This document shows positions 61,936 to 64,000 of a DNA stretch of 64,000 bases, in pieces. The translations under genes were made by a program, and so were the position numbers. Under the pieces are notes generated by a model. That model was not told the origin of the DNA, ran no database searches, and saw only the letters and a list, made by a program, of their open reading frames with translations. The DNA is from Haliotis rufescens. Lineage: Eukaryota. Within the stretch, counting starts at the first letter, position 1; each line of letters begins with the position of its first letter. The stretch covers positions 85,064,001 through 85,128,000 of the forward strand of contig NW_025963779.1 of assembly GCF_023055435.1 (NCBI RefSeq), in the 5' to 3' direction.

Positions 61936-62821
61936 ACATTAAACTGTCTTTAGTCAGATTTTTTGTCAATCCTGCCCTATTAGTATTTCTTGTCTTTACA
62001 GTTGAAAATGAATAACATGTATACTGCATACTCGACTTGCGTTTCTTTTGCGCGTGAGTATAGTTTCTTTGTACATTCACATCAATGCAGTAATGTGCCT
62101 ATTATACTGTGAGGACAATTTTACCAATTTACTTCGCCTCCAATCAAGATAGCCACCTATACGAAGGTCGGGTGTTATTAACCTACCGAAGAGTACAACG
62201 TGAGTACACTGAAGAGGCTATTTCGATTTAATATTTATTAAAACGTATTTAAACCCTGCTTTTGGTAGTATTCCTGGAAATAAGGGGTGAAGCCCAGAAA
62301 TGCGCGGGGAGAATCGAACATGGACTTTTCCTTGACGAGCTAACGCTTTAACCACTAGGCTAAACCCCATTGCCCCTGAAACCAAATGCCTTGCAGTGCG
62401 GCGTTAAACAACAAACAAACGTGATCTGGACTATGATGAGGGATGTTGAACAAAATACGAGGTATATAATTTCTGCTCTTGGCACATCTGACTCATACTA
62501 CTCCTTTGTTACATATTTCAAAATAATGTGCATTGTTTCGATGTAGCGCATTGGTAGTCAGGAGGGATATGTTTTCCAAACTTGTTATTCAGGCGAGTGC
62601 TGTTTCAAACTGCTTTCTTTGTTTTATTCATTTATTATTATTAAAATCACGCCAGTATTATGTTTTAGCATAAACAAGTGCATGTAAGTTATTTAACGCC
62701 ACTATTTAATTGTCCAAACTGGGACTTGTCATCCGCTTGATTTCAGTTGTCTGATTAGCTATGCAGGTAGGTTTATTTTATGCAGGTTGTCGTCTCATCT
62801 TTGGTTTTGTAACACAAACCC

Positions 62822-62912
62822 CAATCTCATTAAAATCAGATCTTAGTCCTCGCTGCCGCTAAAAGCTTTGTTTAGCGGTAGCGAGAACTAAGGTCTGATT
62901 TTAATGAGATTG
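62822..62912. mobile_element. 91-bp TIR-only MITE with a 9-bp TSD (same family as 18912-19312)
   Basis: cacaaaccc|CAATCTCATTAAAATCAGA...TCTGATTTTAATGAGATTG|cacaaaccc. Confidence 0.88.
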
Positions 62913-63656
62913 CACAAACCCAAACAATCCTAACAAATATCAGTCAGTCTACATGTATTGTGTTGTACTCGTATTGACACATTACTTGCACCAAGTTGAC
63001 ATACAAATCATGACGTGCAAGTATATCTACTCTCTGATATGCAACAAAAAATATTATTCTGTAATATTTGTTCAATTTCGTCAAACATGTATGTATTGTG
63101 TTACTTAATACTACAATGTATGTCTCTAGGATAATAAGGTCGTTTTGGATAAAATAACGTTATCACTTAATTTTTTTTGTCATTACAAAAGTCCACCATA
63201 TACGGGAATTCGTTAAAGTAACTGAAACGGTATTCCAATTGTACAGAATCTTATTAGTGATAAACCAACCTTTGTTGATTAATTGGATCAAAGATTTGCC
63301 TGTTCCGTGTTGCAGGTGATACTGAATGTTGGTCCCCAAGGAAAATTAACAACCTCATACCTCATCTGTTGCAAACGAATTTCTGTCAGTGAACACAGAA
63401 TCATTTCCAATATTTTCAAACTGGTTATTTATAATTAATCACATCCCCCTAATCCAAAATCAATAACTGCTTATTACAAATCGATCGAATTCAATATTAA
63501 TGCAGCTACGTCGGGTACTACTGACCCCATGATGTAGACTTGAGACCGGATGGCAGTATTGATTGTCAGTCAACACACGTGCGCTGACACACTTTCACAT
63601 GTACCGTGTGACATTAGCGAATCAGTGCAGTCTGTGTTATGTTGTTGTGGTATAGC

Positions 63657-63858
63657 NNNNNNNNNNNNNNNNNNNNNNNNNNNNNNNNNNNNNNNNNNNN
63701 NNNNNNNNNNNNNNNNNNNNNNNNNNNNNNNNNNNNNNNNNNNNNNNNNNNNNNNNNNNNNNNNNNNNNNNNNNNNNNNNNNNNNNNNNNNNNNNNNNNN
63801 NNNNNNNNNNNNNNNNNNNNNNNNNNNNNNNNNNNNNNNNNNNNNNNNNNNNNNNNNN
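63657..63858. other. Assembly gap
   Basis: Run of N. Confidence 1.
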
Positions 63859-64000
63859 TGCACATTCCTCCTTGTATAGGCACCAACGAGTCTCTTCAGG
63901 CTATACATAACTGAACAAAAAGCGCCCGCGCCTATATAAGGTTTAATTTACTGCAAGGTTTAACCTTTAGCTGCATAATACCTGAGAGTTCAATTTATAA

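Noticed and set aside
58920-63400. Possible 5' exons of a further plus-strand gene (TATAAAA near 58925, donor near 58992, acceptor near 63315)
   Set aside because: No recognisable coding sequence; isolated splice-like motifs are common by chance.
63550-63914. ORFs spanning the N run
   Set aside because: Artefacts of the assembly gap.

Overview
AT-rich, intron-containing animal genomic DNA. The repeat families and gene style suggest a mollusc, possibly an abalone-like gastropod (inference only). Four conserved spliced genes were reconstructed exon by exon as two head-to-head pairs: NBAS (5' part, minus) with PPCDC (plus), and POLR2M/Gdown1 (minus) with a SWEET/SLC50A1 sugar transporter (plus). 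Between the pairs is an unrecognised two-exon gene (about 351 aa) preceded by three CRE palindromes. A very young full-length 9.5-kb Ty3/Gypsy LTR retrotransposon lies in a POLR2M intron, with 1261-bp LTRs, an ATAG target duplication, a tRNA PBS and a UUUAAAC plus pseudoknot gag-pro frameshift. The last POLR2M intron is a textbook U12 (minor spliceosome) intron. The rest is SINEs, MITEs of several superfamilies, long-hairpin non-autonomous elements, a Helentron-type element carrying a 156-bp satellite, many minisatellites and one assembly gap. The most unusual signals are two 32-34-bp palindromes with 7-8-bp target duplications that fit P-element excision footprints, the orphan gene, the U12 intron, and a structured 5' domain on a non-autonomous retroelement that could be a ribozyme. 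All coordinates were read by hand and no database searches were run.
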